Assembly (NCBI GenBank): GCA_964234715.1 | Contig: OZ174283.1 | Direction: 5' to 3' (one strand) | DNA: 64,000 nucleotides | From: Podarcis melisellensis | Taxonomy: Eukaryota | Part shown: positions 26,445 through 38,628 of the stretch, one piece after another | How positions within the stretch are numbered: position 1 is the stretch's first letter | How the letters are laid out: each line of letters starts with the position of its first letter | Notes under the pieces: model-generated | What the model was told of the DNA's origin: nothing | Databases searched by the model: none | The model's input: the letters and a program-made list of their open reading frames with translations, nothing else | Position numbers and translations under genes: made by a program

Positions 26445-26530
26445 TAATAATAATAATAATTTATTATTTTTTTATATCCTGCCCATCTGGCTGGGTTTCC
26501 CCAGCAACTCTGGGTGGCTTACAGCATATA
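26445..26530 (-). mobile_element. Short LINE-type 3' end with AT-rich simple-repeat tail (related copies at about 39490-39600 and 48340-48480)
   Basis: gcccatctggctgggtt core shared by the three loci, each next to an (AAT/ATT)n run. Confidence 0.65.
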
Positions 26531-27556
26531 TAAGGCTTCTTAGAATTCCTAAGCAACACTGGATATGAAGCTAATAGTAATGTGATGGCCTATGCTGAAC
26601 ACATCAGCAAAATAAATGAAATAAATTAATGAACCTACATGACTGATGTTTATTATCTCCAGTAGATTTACTCTGAGTAGGGCTAGCATTGTGCACAACC
26701 CAAAATTGCAATTTGATGAAGAAATGAGACAACCTGAATTTAAGATTGGGAAAATTAGGACCTGAGAAACAGCAAAATTGTCATGATTCATCTATCTCTA
26801 TATAAAATAAAATCACATTAAAGCTGAAGGCAGGCTCAAAAATCCACAATGCATGAGAGACCAGGGGTTCTTCCTGCTTTGTCTTTCACAGGAAACCTAG
26901 GAGGTCCTGGTGGGCAAATTGGAACCTGCAGGGAATGAGTTAGTGACACATACACTGGAAAGAGCAAGATTATAACCCAATTTTGTGTGAATAAACGATC
27001 CAACTGGAAACCCCAGTATTCATGCTCAAAATAAAACAAAGCAGAAAGTTCTGATTTTAAGGGGATTTAAACTTCCTTCTTTGCTCTTTTCTGGCACTTA
27101 AAATGCATCAGCACTTTGGCTCACATGAACTTTCTTCATCAGCTTAGTTTTGCTTGTGTAGCTGTTTAAACACATTGCTCTTTCACAACTAGAAGTAAAT
27201 ATGCTGGCTCTGTGGAGTATGCTACATGGGTCAAATATTCCTGAACTTAAGCAATAATTTCAGTGGCTTTCGATACCATCAACCATAGATATTGGGTTGT
27301 TGTTTTTAGTTTGATTATATATTTTTGGTTTTATATTTTGATTTTATTCTGTGAATTGCACTGAGACCTCCGGGTATAGGGTGGTATATTAATTCAATAA
27401 ATAATAATAAAATCAATAAATGATTTCCAAATGACAAAGAAGCTGTGTTGGTTATATGAGTAATGTCACATGAACAAACATTTCCACAAAGGAACAGTCA
27501 GGGTTCAATGTCCTCCTGAAATGTCTAAATACATAAGAGAGAGTCATCCTGTAAAG

Positions 27557-27683
27557 CAAGGGTGGTCCTCCAGATGTTCTTGGACTCCAATTCCCATGAG
27601 CCTCAGCCAGCATGACCAATAACCAGGGATGATATGAGATGTAGATGAGCAACATCTGGAGAACCACAGTTTTCCCACCCTGG
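27557..27683. mobile_element. Small palindromic hAT-type MITE
   Basis: 8-bp TSD ctgtaaag; internal inverted repeat tccagatgtt / aacatctgga. Confidence 0.7.
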
Positions 27684-29984
27684 CTGTAAAGGGGGAAACA
27701 GAGGGGTGTGACAGATATGTTTTTCTGGTAGCCAATTTGTAGCTTACTTTCCTTGGTGTGATTTAATTATACAACGATGCTGTGAAAATATGAGTGGACT
27801 AATTTTCCCATTTTGCACAGTTTACATTTTACATTTACATTTTATCGGGAATGCAGTCTTTTCACAAACTTTCATATTTTTTTCTCTTGATAGCTGGTTT
27901 ATAGCTTAAAGGCCTGCTTCTTATATCCTTATTTCCTCTTATAGAATTTGATAACATTGCAAGTCCAAAAGTTAATTTTAGGTCACTGATATTTTTAGTT
28001 TTGGAGGTTTGTGCTTCCTTTTGTGGAAAACAGGAAATCCATCATCTTTTTCTTTTCTTTTCCTGAATTCTGTTGCATCTTCTTTTTCTGCTCTTTAGGG
28101 TCAAGGGGGTGCAAGGCCTAAGAGGATAACTCTGTTTTTTCAACATTTCCAAATTAAGAAGGCTTTGGATAGGAGATAGCTCCCACCATCTGTCAGACAT
28201 AGTTCTCACACTTCAGGCAACTGCCTTAAACACTGGCATACTTTCTTCTGTGTTTGTTATGAATTGCTGCCAAATCTGGACATGTTTCACATGGCCCAAC
28301 AAAGAATATCACTGATAAGTCAAGCTCACATTGCTCGGATGGCCTTCGAGGAATGCCAGATTAATTCCTGACGGGAAAATATCATTCCTCAGATGACGCT
28401 AATATGATACAATGAGATCACAATTGCAGCACAAACGTCTTGCAAGGAAAACTGGGAGGGGGACCATGGTTCATGGTTTGCATGCCGAAAGTTCCAGGTT
28501 CAATCCCCTGGCATCTCCAGTTAAAAGGATCAGGGAGCAGATGATGTGTGCGTTCAGAAATAAGTTTTATTTCTAACAAAGAAAACAGAAAATGAATTGC
28601 TAATACATTGCATTTAGGGGGGGGACTGAAGATGCTTCCAATACTAATTCTATCTTTCAGCTTGGCCACTCCGCATAATCAATTTATATATTTATAAATA
28701 GCTAAAATTAAAATACTACAAGTCCCCGGACCATTTTCACAAAATTGAAAAAATCTGTCCTAGAGGTTCTTATCTTACAGGAAAACTGGAAAACTTTCTT
28801 TCCTTCTTTCTTTCTTTCCTTCTTTCTTTCTACATTTCTGTTATAACATTTATTTTGCTGGTCCCACTTTCATATCTGGTCAATCCTCCCTAAATCACTG
28901 ATCATAGGTTGTCACTCTGAAAGGACAGTCAATGAAAGTATTATTTGAATGTGTCAAGTTATCTCAGAGCTAAACAGATTCTGGAATGCAAGACCTCTCC
29001 ATGCTTATGAATGCAAATACATTACTTCACAAAGGCATAAAAAAAGAAAAATGTTGGCCCGTTGTGGAAAGTAACAGCTGCCTTCATTTTGTCATGTTTC
29101 CCTTTCTGTTAAAAAAACCAAAACATCACTCTCTTATTCCATGCTGAAATACAGGCAGCTGTTCTATAAAGTGGAACTAAAGATCTGTTGGCAAACAGGG
29201 TTTTTTCTCTTCCAGAAAGTCTGCAATTTAGAGCTGCTTTAATATAGATTTTTCTGTGGGAGGAAAATCCTTTTTTATCAGTTTTGTAGAGGTATAATTT
29301 GTGCATATATCTGACTTGAAAAGCACTGGGGAATAAGCCAAAAGGGTGCTGTGTTTTGTTGTATTACTTATTATTTTATCTATTCCAAATGTATATTTTC
29401 CCAAGGATGTTTCCTTCCCCCAGATTATTGATTTACTGGCAGCCTTAATGTTACTTGGGAATTCTAATTAAAAAAAAACAACCATTGCAGTTTTGAAATC
29501 TGTGATTAACATCAGTGCAGTTTTGAAAGGTTCAGTGTGCCATTTTGATTCAAAATGATGTCCAATTATATCCAAACCTTGTCTAAAACCTGCTCCTTGA
29601 ACTCAGGATCTGTATGCAAAAAGTTGGTTACAAGCTGAAGAGATGACCAAATGTATAGTGAACAAACAACTTTCCAAAATATATATTACATTTTTCATGT
29701 CCCTGTTGTAACTTCTAATATATCTGCCATTCAGGCTACAGGCCAGTCACTCCTGATTTAGAGAAATAGCATTTGGGTAGCCATAGCTCCGAGTACCACA
29801 ATTCTCAGAAACTGGACTTCTTTGTCTTCTCCAGGTGCTTCAAAGCAAATAAGAAGCCCTTCATGCAGTTTTAACAATTTAAGAGACTTCTGGATCAAAT
29901 CATAGACCAGGCTGAGATTAAATCTCCATTTAATGTATTGGTGCTAAAGAGCAAGAATTTACCCTTTTCTAAAATCATCACCAA

Positions 29985-30347
29985 AGGGACACAGATGGCG
30001 CTGTGGGTTAAACCACAGAGCCTAAGACTTGCCAATCAGAAGGTCCCGGTTTGAAGCCCCGCAATGGGGTGAGCTCCCGTTTCTCGGTCCCTGCTCCTGC
30101 CAACCTAGCAGTTTGAAAGCACATCAAAGTGCAAGTAGATAAATAGGTACCGCTCCAGTGGGAAGGTAAACAGTGTTTCCATGCACTGCTCTGGTTTGTC
30201 AGAAGTGGCTTAGTCATGCTGGCCACATGACCCGGAAGTTGTACGCCGGCTCCCTCGTCCAATAAAGTGAGATGAGCACTGCAACCACAGAGTTGGCCAC
30301 GACTGGACCTAATGGTCAGGGGTCCCTTTACTCCTTTACCTTTACCT
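29985..30347 (+). mobile_element. Sauria SINE, full length
   Basis: tRNA-like head, (ACCTTT)n tail, 15-bp TSD taaaatcatcaccaa (29970-29984, 30348-30362). Confidence 0.95.
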
Positions 30348-30634
30348 TAAAATCATCACCAACATGCTAAAAGGGAGAAATAAAATAATTTATTTAATGC
30401 CACACAGCCCTTCATAATTAAATTCTATATGAAGAATAGGAGCAGTAGATCCTGAACGCATTTCTCCCATCTTGGTAGAATTAGTCGTGTGCAACCATTG
30501 TCATGCATGGAACTAAGCATTTCGGCGAGCAGTGAGACAATGTGGCCATGTATGTGGGAATCTTGTATGTGCTGGTGAGTGTTTATGACAGTCTACAGTC
30601 ATAACATACAGGCTATTCAAACAGCCACCCAAGT

Positions 30635-30985
30635 TAGGGGTGTAATAATATGTCAATATTGGTACTCTGTTTCTCATTTTCGAATCTTGACTTCAGCGAA
30701 ATTTCATCAGCATCTGAATGTGAATTTCTCCTAATAAGCATATTTTTGTGTGCACCTTTGACCAATGTCCACATTTTCCCATGGAATTCCTCCAGGGAAT
30801 GCACTTTTGTATGTTGCTTTCAAAAATACATTCATTCTTATGCACATTTCCCCCCAATATATGCATTATTTTGCAAAGTATTGCTTTGCTGAAGAACTGC
30901 ACTATAAAATTCAGATAGGCACAAATTTCAAAGGAGGGCTGCTTTTCGGTTCTCAGGTTGTGTGAATTTGATAGATTTGCTTTGA
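30635..30985 (+). mobile_element. Non-autonomous DNA element fragment
   Basis: Reverse-complement similarity to 46711-47155. Confidence 0.5.
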
Positions 30986-31009
30986 AATTGTGCCTGACAT
31001 ATCTAGCTG

Positions 31010-31255
31010 CTCAGGGAACTCAGAAGTGAGCCTTGCTGTGTCAGGCCAAAGGCCCATCATACTTCAGCATCCTATTCTCACAGTGGTCCCTCACAGAGGG
31101 ACCCTGAATACTCCCTCCACTTGTGGTTCCCAACAGCGGGCATACAGTATGCCTCTGACATTGGAGGTAAAACACAGCCATCAGAGCTAGTAGCCACTAA
31201 CAAACTTATCCTCTGTGAACTTCTCAAATTCCCTTTTGAAGCCACTCAAATTGCC
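31010..31255 (-). mobile_element. CR1 LINE 3' UTR fragment
   Basis: Similar to 47254-47530 (tcaggccaaaggcccatc...tagtagccactaa...ccttttgaagcc). Confidence 0.65.
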
Positions 31256-31382
31256 CACTTTCTTTTTACAACAGGCTTTTGAGAACTGAATTCTCTTAAT
31301 GTGCTGCTTTTATTGTAATTATCTGTATGTTTTTAATAGATTTTTATGTATATCTACAGTTTTGTTTTTAATGTTTTGTAAT

Positions 31383-31711
31383 GGACGCGGGTGGTGCTGT
31401 GGTCTAAACCACGGAGCCTAATGCTTGCTGATCAGAAGGTCAGCAGTGCGAGTCCCCTCGACGGGATGAGCTCCAGTTACTCAGTCCCAGCTCCTGCCAA
31501 CCTAGCAGTTTGAAAACACATCAAAGTGCAAGTAGATAAATAGGTACTGCTCCGGTGGGAAGGTAAACGGCATTTCTGTGCGCTGCTCTGGTTTGCCAGA
31601 AGCAGCTTAGTCATTCTGGCCACATGACCTGGAAGCTGTCTGCGGACAAACGCCAGCTCCCTCAGCCTATAGAACAAGATGAGCACCGCAGAATCGTCCA
31701 CCTTTACCTTT
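31383..31711 (+). mobile_element. Sauria SINE
   Basis: ggacgcgggtggtgctgtgg head, conserved core, acctttaccttt tail. Confidence 0.9.
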
Positions 31712-31774
31712 AATTATTGTTTTTTCTTCTATGTTTTTAGCTGTTATTTTTATCTGTAAGCCACATTGAGTGGG

Positions 31775-31837
31775 GAAGAAGAAGAAGAAGAAGAAGAAGA
31801 AGAAGAAGAAGAAGAAGAAGAAGAAGAAGAAGAAGAA
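31775..31837 (+). repeat. (GAA)21 microsatellite
   Basis: Uninterrupted run that merges into the 5' TSD of the L1-like element. Confidence 0.95.
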
Positions 31838-31847
31838 GACTGAATCA

Positions 31848-33656
31848 GAGGACTTCCGGGATAGCGCGAACGGCTAATGGCGGATTCCCTCCGAGCTCCG
31901 GAGGGAATCGGCTCTGCTGAGGACGGGTCTTGCCGTGCCGGCGACACGGGGACCCTTAGAAACCGCAGGCGCCCTCCCCGACCCCCTCAAGCGCCCTCCC
32001 CGACCCCCGAAGAGCCTTTTTAAAGGCTACGGAGAGGACCGGAGAGTGGCGTGGTGCTGAGAGTAGATCGCTACCTCAGCGGAGCGGAGCCGCGAGCCAT
32101 GGCCGGAGAGCGCTGTCTTTCTTCCTGAAATTTGGACTGAAACAAAGAACCCGTGAGTAAAATGAAATTTCGACACAAAAGTTCTATCATTGATTGGAGT
32201 ACGATCGGGGGATGTGTTAAAAGGAAGTCCACACTCCCCCCCCCCACAAAAAGATTTAAAGCAAGGAGAGGAGCACTAAGGTGGAAAGACTTTTGTGTCC
32301 AGACAGACAACTTGCACGAATTGGATTAAAAAGTTATTGTGCTGGAGAGGAGAGAGGAATTTTAGAAGCTTTTGTGTAATTCCCCCCCCCCTTTTTTGAC
32401 CCGGGAGCGCCCTGCGTGTGAGCCCGAGGAAAAAGAGCAAAAAGTTTGACAGCTGTCAAAAGAGCTGTCAAACGGGCGGTTAAAGTTCGGAACTGCGATA
32501 TTTAATATCTTTTTGGATTAAAGGTGGTACATTGAAACTGAACTGATTGGAAACAAAGTAATTTTGAATAACAAAGTAACGGATTGTTGGAAAAGAACTA
32601 TTGGATTGGTAATCCCCCTGGAGGGAACTAAAGACATTGCAATGGCTGCGGAAGGAAAATTACTGGCACAGATAGAAAGGATGTTCTTTCTCGTGGGAAT
32701 CTTACAAGAGCAGAGTGCGGATATGAACAAACAGCTTACGACCTTGAACCTTAAATTGAGCAACTCTGCTGATGACATAAAGTGGGTGGGAAAAAACCCG
32801 GCAGCTGAAACAGAAGAGACAGCTTTGGAAATGGGGGGAAAAGAAGAAGAAGGAGGAGAGGAAGTTCGGATGGAAAGTATTAATCAAAAGCCTGCAGCTT
32901 CAGGAAACAAAGGAAACAAAGAAGACGACCAGTGGATTATAAATCTGCAAAAGGAGAGGAAGACAAAGGAAGAAGCCCCTGGAATATTTGAAATATTGGA
33001 ATACAAAAGAACAAACAAGCATGATTGGGACTGCTTCTTCAAGTTTGAGTATGGGAGACTGGCTGATCCTTGGCAGCAATTGCTATTGATTGATTTGGAG
33101 GGAGGAAAGAATGGGGAGCTTGGGACACAACCTCTTCGAGAATTGAAGGTCAACAAGCAACAAAACCGGCGGAGAGAGACTAACTGGGGCTTAAGAGCCT
33201 CGGATGTGAGAAATCCGGGCTAAAACTGTCTTTTTAGGACATTGGTTTGGGAAGGGACAGAAACCGGGTCAGGGAGGGAGGGGGAGAGTAGAATAGTAAA
33301 AATTTATGATTTATGATCTTTGAATTCGGATATGTTTTTGTTTAATATAAAAAGGAAGGAATTCGTGGGAGAGAATTTAGGTCGACCTTAGAGAAAGGAG
33401 CTAATGTGTAAAAATTGGATAAGTAAAATGGAGCCTAATAAAAAGTGTTAAGAATAGATAATAATAATATATTGAGAGAAGAGGAAATAACTTGCTGAGT
33501 AAATTAATGAAATTGGGATGTGGGAAGGGGGGGTGTGGGGAAGTCAAGGAAAGAGGGTAAAGAAAGTAAGGGATAAAATTATATATGTTTTGTTTTGTAT
33601 TTGTGTGTGTGTTTGTCTATAAAAAATGTGAAAACTCAATAAAAAATTAAAAAAAA
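31848..33656 (+). mobile_element. Non-autonomous L1-like (HAL1-type) retroelement, ~1.8 kb, single ORF, no ORF2
   Basis: 15-bp TSD aagaagactgaatca (31833-31847, 33657-33671). CpG-rich 5' region with ETS and YY1-like motifs, A-rich sense strand, 3' G-rich tract (33515-33540), AATAAA (33638-33643) and polyA. Confidence 0.8.
32642..33223 (+). CDS. 193-aa ORF of the L1-like element (N-terminal heptad/coiled-coil-like region, acidic linker, unrecognised C-terminal region)
   Basis: First in-frame ATG in strong Kozak context (gcaATGG) within the 32564..33223 ORF; uninterrupted frame. Confidence 0.5.
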   Translation: MAAEGKLLAQIERMFFLVGILQEQSADMNKQLTTLNLKLSNSADDIKWVGKNPAAETEETALEMGGKEEEGGEEVRMESINQKPAASGNKGNKEDDQWIINLQKERKTKEEAPGIFEILEYKRTNKHDWDCFFKFEYGRLADPWQQLLLIDLEGGKNGELGTQPLRELKVNKQQNRRRETNWGLRASDVRNPG

Positions 33657-34767
33657 AAGAAGACTGAATCAAATTTCTCCCCATCCCCCATCCCAAGCCT
33701 AGATGGCTGGTGTGGAAATCCATAACTACAGTAGAAATGCCACTAGCTTTGGGAGGGGGTTCTGATTCAAAACACATGGAATTGTTACAATTCAGTCAAG
33801 ATCTGTTTTCATAAAACAGTGCAGGTTCATTTAGTAAGGAAAGAGGAGGGGACCACAGCACTCCTTTAGCAGCACTCTGTTTCATATGATGTCCTTGGCT
33901 CTTCAAGGAAAGTGGACACAAGAGGCTTACACTCCTCAACTACACAGCTGCTCATAGCAGATGTTATCCTTTAGGAGAAGATTGTTCTTCATTTATCCTG
34001 GTGGCTGGCCAGTTGTGGGGGGATAAAGGAGGCCCTAGTGAAGTCTGAGAGCCAACCTGGTGTATTTTCAAGACTTATTCAGGTCAGAAAACTAGCATAT
34101 TTTTCAAGAAGAAGAAAAAACCCTGGCATATTGAAAACACGTTCTGGCCTAGCCAATGCACTTTTCTTTATTTTTATTTACCTGGGAAAGCATTTAAACA
34201 TGTGGCCTTCAGATAGCCATCCTGGGCAGCTGATTCTGGGTGTCATGAAAGGGAAGAAAATATTGTTGTATTTTTACTGCTAGGGAGGGAAAGAGGTGTT
34301 TCTGGGATTCCCCCCCCCCTTGGGTGCCAAAATAACTTGTCCAGCTATGCCCCTTCATGTGCGCGTAAGCCCTATTCTCCACCTGCATTCTTAAGTGGTA
34401 CATTCCCAGAAGTATGACATGATTTTGAGCATCAGCCAGTTTATGTTGTTTGAAGTTACTGCCATTGCTTTCCACCTCAAATACACAAGATTAGCTTTGA
34501 ACCTAAATATGTTTGGAAGAGCAAGCACAGAAAAACCCAGAGGATATATTTAAAGGCAAGATATTGGCAACCATTACAAGTCAAATGAATAAACAACTAA
34601 AAATATTTCCATCAAACAAGGTTTCATAATCTATCTTGGGTTGTTTTTCTAAGCTAAGCTTATTCAAGTTTAAAAATAAATTAGCGACCTGTGCTTTTCA
34701 ATAGAGTTAATATAATTACTTCAAAGCATCCAATATTTATAAAGCTGTGAAATACTGTTTTTAGTGT

Positions 34768-34773
34768 TTTATT
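34768..34773 (-). terminator. Candidate distal polyadenylation signal of GASK1B (~2.9-kb 3' UTR)
   Basis: AATAAA on the minus strand at the end of a repeat-poor, AT-rich stretch downstream of the stop. Another AATAAA at 35406-35411 is an alternative. Confidence 0.35.
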
Positions 34774-37632
34774 TTTTTTACCAAGACAACAGCAGAGACA
34801 TTTTTTAAAATCCTCTTATAAAACCAAAAATATATTTAACATCAGCAGTGCAAGTGAAATATGCTAATGCTGCAAAAATATACATAAATTCAAAGCACAA
34901 ACATAGATGGAATCAACTGCAAAGTTGTCACCAACAACACAATCCACATTACTCTGTATTAATATTCTAGTGAGTCTTGCTAATATTTCAAATACATGTT
35001 TGCTTGGTTTTTACTTTCCTTATTTAATTTCTATACATGTATTCTTCTATCTTTAGACTAATTTCAGCAGAAGGATAGAGTTGCCTGCTCTCAATACATT
35101 TCATCTTTTACAGTAATGTTTGCCAGCAAGAGTTTCATTAAAATTTCATTATACTGCTGGTCTAATACAATGTGTTTTAAAAGGACAGCGCACATTCAGG
35201 TCAGGTTCCATGTTGACCACAAAGAAAAGTCCCAGAAAGTTCAGAGTCTGATTATAATTTCTGGTGTCTGCCAGTTCAGACATAAGAAGGGACTATTTCT
35301 TATCAAGCCTTGTCTCCTTGGGTAGACTGTTTGTGAGCATGGAGGAATGAACACTCATCTCTCCAGTATATGCAAAGACTCCTAGCACCAAGTGTGCAAA
35401 AAGAATTTATTCATAAGTCTCTATTAAACTGGATGGGAAAGATTGGGGGCCGTGTTTCGTGTGTGTAATGCTGAGCTCCAAATTGGAGCATTTCTCCTTA
35501 ATGTAATAAACAACAACAATAACAATGAACACAGTTTTGTAAATAAGTGGGCACTGCAATAGGGATCTGAACAGACCTGTTTTATCATTCGCAGCAAGAG
35601 AAAGCAAGGGATTCCTTAGCGTGAGAACAGCCAGCAAACATCCCTAGATTTTATAATTATGAAAATATCCAGAGTTGTTTAAAAGTTGGCATTTTACCCA
35701 ATATTTTTCTTGAATATTTCTCCCACACAAAAGGGCTTGGATTCCTTGCTACTCCCATTGCTTCAGACTAGTCTGGAATGTGAGAATATGTCTGATCCCA
35801 TGTGCCCATAAATGGAAAGCAGCCTGATACAGATTCTTACAAAATAAGTGACTGAAACAAGTGTACACTGCTCCGTGTTTGCCTGCAAAAGCTTTGTTTC
35901 ATAGTTCATTTTGTCCCGTTTCCCAGGCTGGAATAAAAGCCTGCTGCTTAATTTAGCTGTCACCCTTACCCCAGCAGTTACGGTGAGCAGGGAAAAAATG
36001 TAATAGCATGTAAATGCCTGTGGCGAGTGCTTGTTTGGCACAAGCCACAGTTGGGGAAACGGGCACACAAAACACAGGGCTGGATTTATGGATACAAAAA
36101 AGGGCGGTTTTCTTTTAGGGACAAACACAGGCCATCATAATATGAGCTATTCAGTCATTTATATTCAGCATGCCGCCATCATGCATGTGTATAATTAGAT
36201 ACAGGAGTGATTGCAATCTCTCATACAAAGAACAACAGGGGAGAAGCTCCTTTGAGAACTTATACTGCAGTGGTGTTGTGGCCTGGGTGGTGGGGTTGGT
36301 TTTATGCTTTCCGTTGATGCAGTTGACTCCCTTTTCAGCCAAGCCCTTCTGTCATTTGCAACTGAATGAATAAAGGGCAACCACCTGAGAATGAGATTCT
36401 GTACGACCTGAAACCTATGATCCAGAGACTTAGGTTGGTTAATCCATACTCTAAAACACACTCATCAAACTATACATTTCAGGATTCTTTGGTGAGACAC
36501 AGGACAATGCAGCTGGTCACTATGAAGCTATACAAATACTAAACACTCTTGGGGCAGACTCTATCTCCAGGATACTAGAGGTGCATTTGACTCCATCCCA
36601 TCATGAGTTCAAAGCCTATATGCTAACAATGAGATCGAAAAAACAGAACACAATGCTTTATGCCAAGCTTCCATACTAGTGACAATACCGATATTCATGT
36701 CCCTTTTAATTATGCTTTTATCAGTATTCTTAAAAATATATTAACTGGAAGGAATGTCTTCAAAGTCATGTTTTATGATATCATAGAATACTCAAGAACT
36801 AAAGTTATAATTGCCAGTATTTTACATACTGAAAACCTGATTTCATTGGTTAAACAGCTAAACAAAGGTAGACGGTTCTCGGCAGAATTTTTGGACAATG
36901 ATTGACAGATTGTAGACAAGTTCTAAAAAGAACCTCAAAAGCAAGTATGTAACATAACCATGAAACATCTGCTTAGTTCAATTGATAACATATTTCCTTA
37001 TTTTTTAAAAAACTAAATATAAAATATCATACTCCTAATTCCAAGAACACTGAATTTGGTCTTTTTACTAAACAATACTTGACACATACAGAAATATCAC
37101 CAGCAGTTGGGATCTGCGATTTTTGTTGGAAAGAAACAGAAAAATCCTTCTATAAATGTTTTTCTGAAGCTAGTCTGCAGCGATCCTAAAAACCACTTTT
37201 TTTAGAACAGTCCCATTGAAATAAGTAGTCTAAGAGGGGTTTTTTTCCCTAAAGTGAGCAACATCTATTGAAATCAAATAAATGGTGAAACTTCTACCAT
37301 ATACTATCAGTGTCCAAAGTAGAAACAAAAATAGATATATGTATGGTTTATAAAGCAAGTGACTTGGGATGCTTACATCTCAGGCTCCTTTAGAGAACAC
37401 CTATTTAAAAAATGTTTGAACATTTGTTCATGTGTGCTTTATAAATTAAAAGTATTGTCAACAAGTTCCACATCAGGTGTGCCTGTCTGAGTTTCTTATT
37501 TAATGAAACTCTGTGACCCTTTCATTAGAACTAGGGTTTTTTTCTCATTCCCCCATTCAGCACAATCTTATATGCATTTACTTAGAAGTAAGTCCTTCTT
37601 ATTCCCATGTAAGTGTGCACAGGACTGAGCCT

Positions 37633-37872
<240 letters not shown>

Positions 37873-38388
37873 TCACAGGAACACTTTTTGTCAATGATTT
37901 CAGCCTTTCCTATTTTTATACATCATTATTTCACTTGTAGTAAATGTAAAAGAGGCAAGGTGAATTCAGTCCTCCCCAAAACAAGTATGTCAAGCGAGAA
38001 GCAAAAAGCAGGTAGCAGGAGTGGCGGGACCAGTGAAAGGCCTGAAGATTCAAGAAGCAGAGTTGGAACAGGAACAGCAAAGAGCAATATTTGTGAGATC
38101 TACATGTAATATGCTTTGAATATAAGTAGGTAGGCATGAAGAGGAAAGTGATTAATCAAAGTGTAGTGAGATACATCAAGGTCAAGAGCCCACAATCATC
38201 CACATGGAAAGGGATAATGCTTAGAGTCCACATCACTGAACTTAACCCCAGTGTTCTTACAGCTCCCCAGCTGTGTTGCTTGATGCCAATGTATGGCCAG
38301 ACAGAGAGGCCTAGAGATCTGCATTCAGCCTTTGGCTGGCCAGGAAGCTCCCCACCCTATACACATTACTGGTATATTATAGAACTTA

Positions 38389-38628
<240 letters not shown>

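Noticed and set aside
31750-31947. Poly-Ser ORF on the minus strand
   Set aside because: It is the antisense reading of the (GAA)21 microsatellite.
32153-32523. Intron in the 5' UTR of the L1-like element (GTGAGT donor, possible AG at 32522-32523)
   Set aside because: The acceptor is weak, and an efficiently spliced intron would be lost on retrotransposition; unsupported without RNA data.
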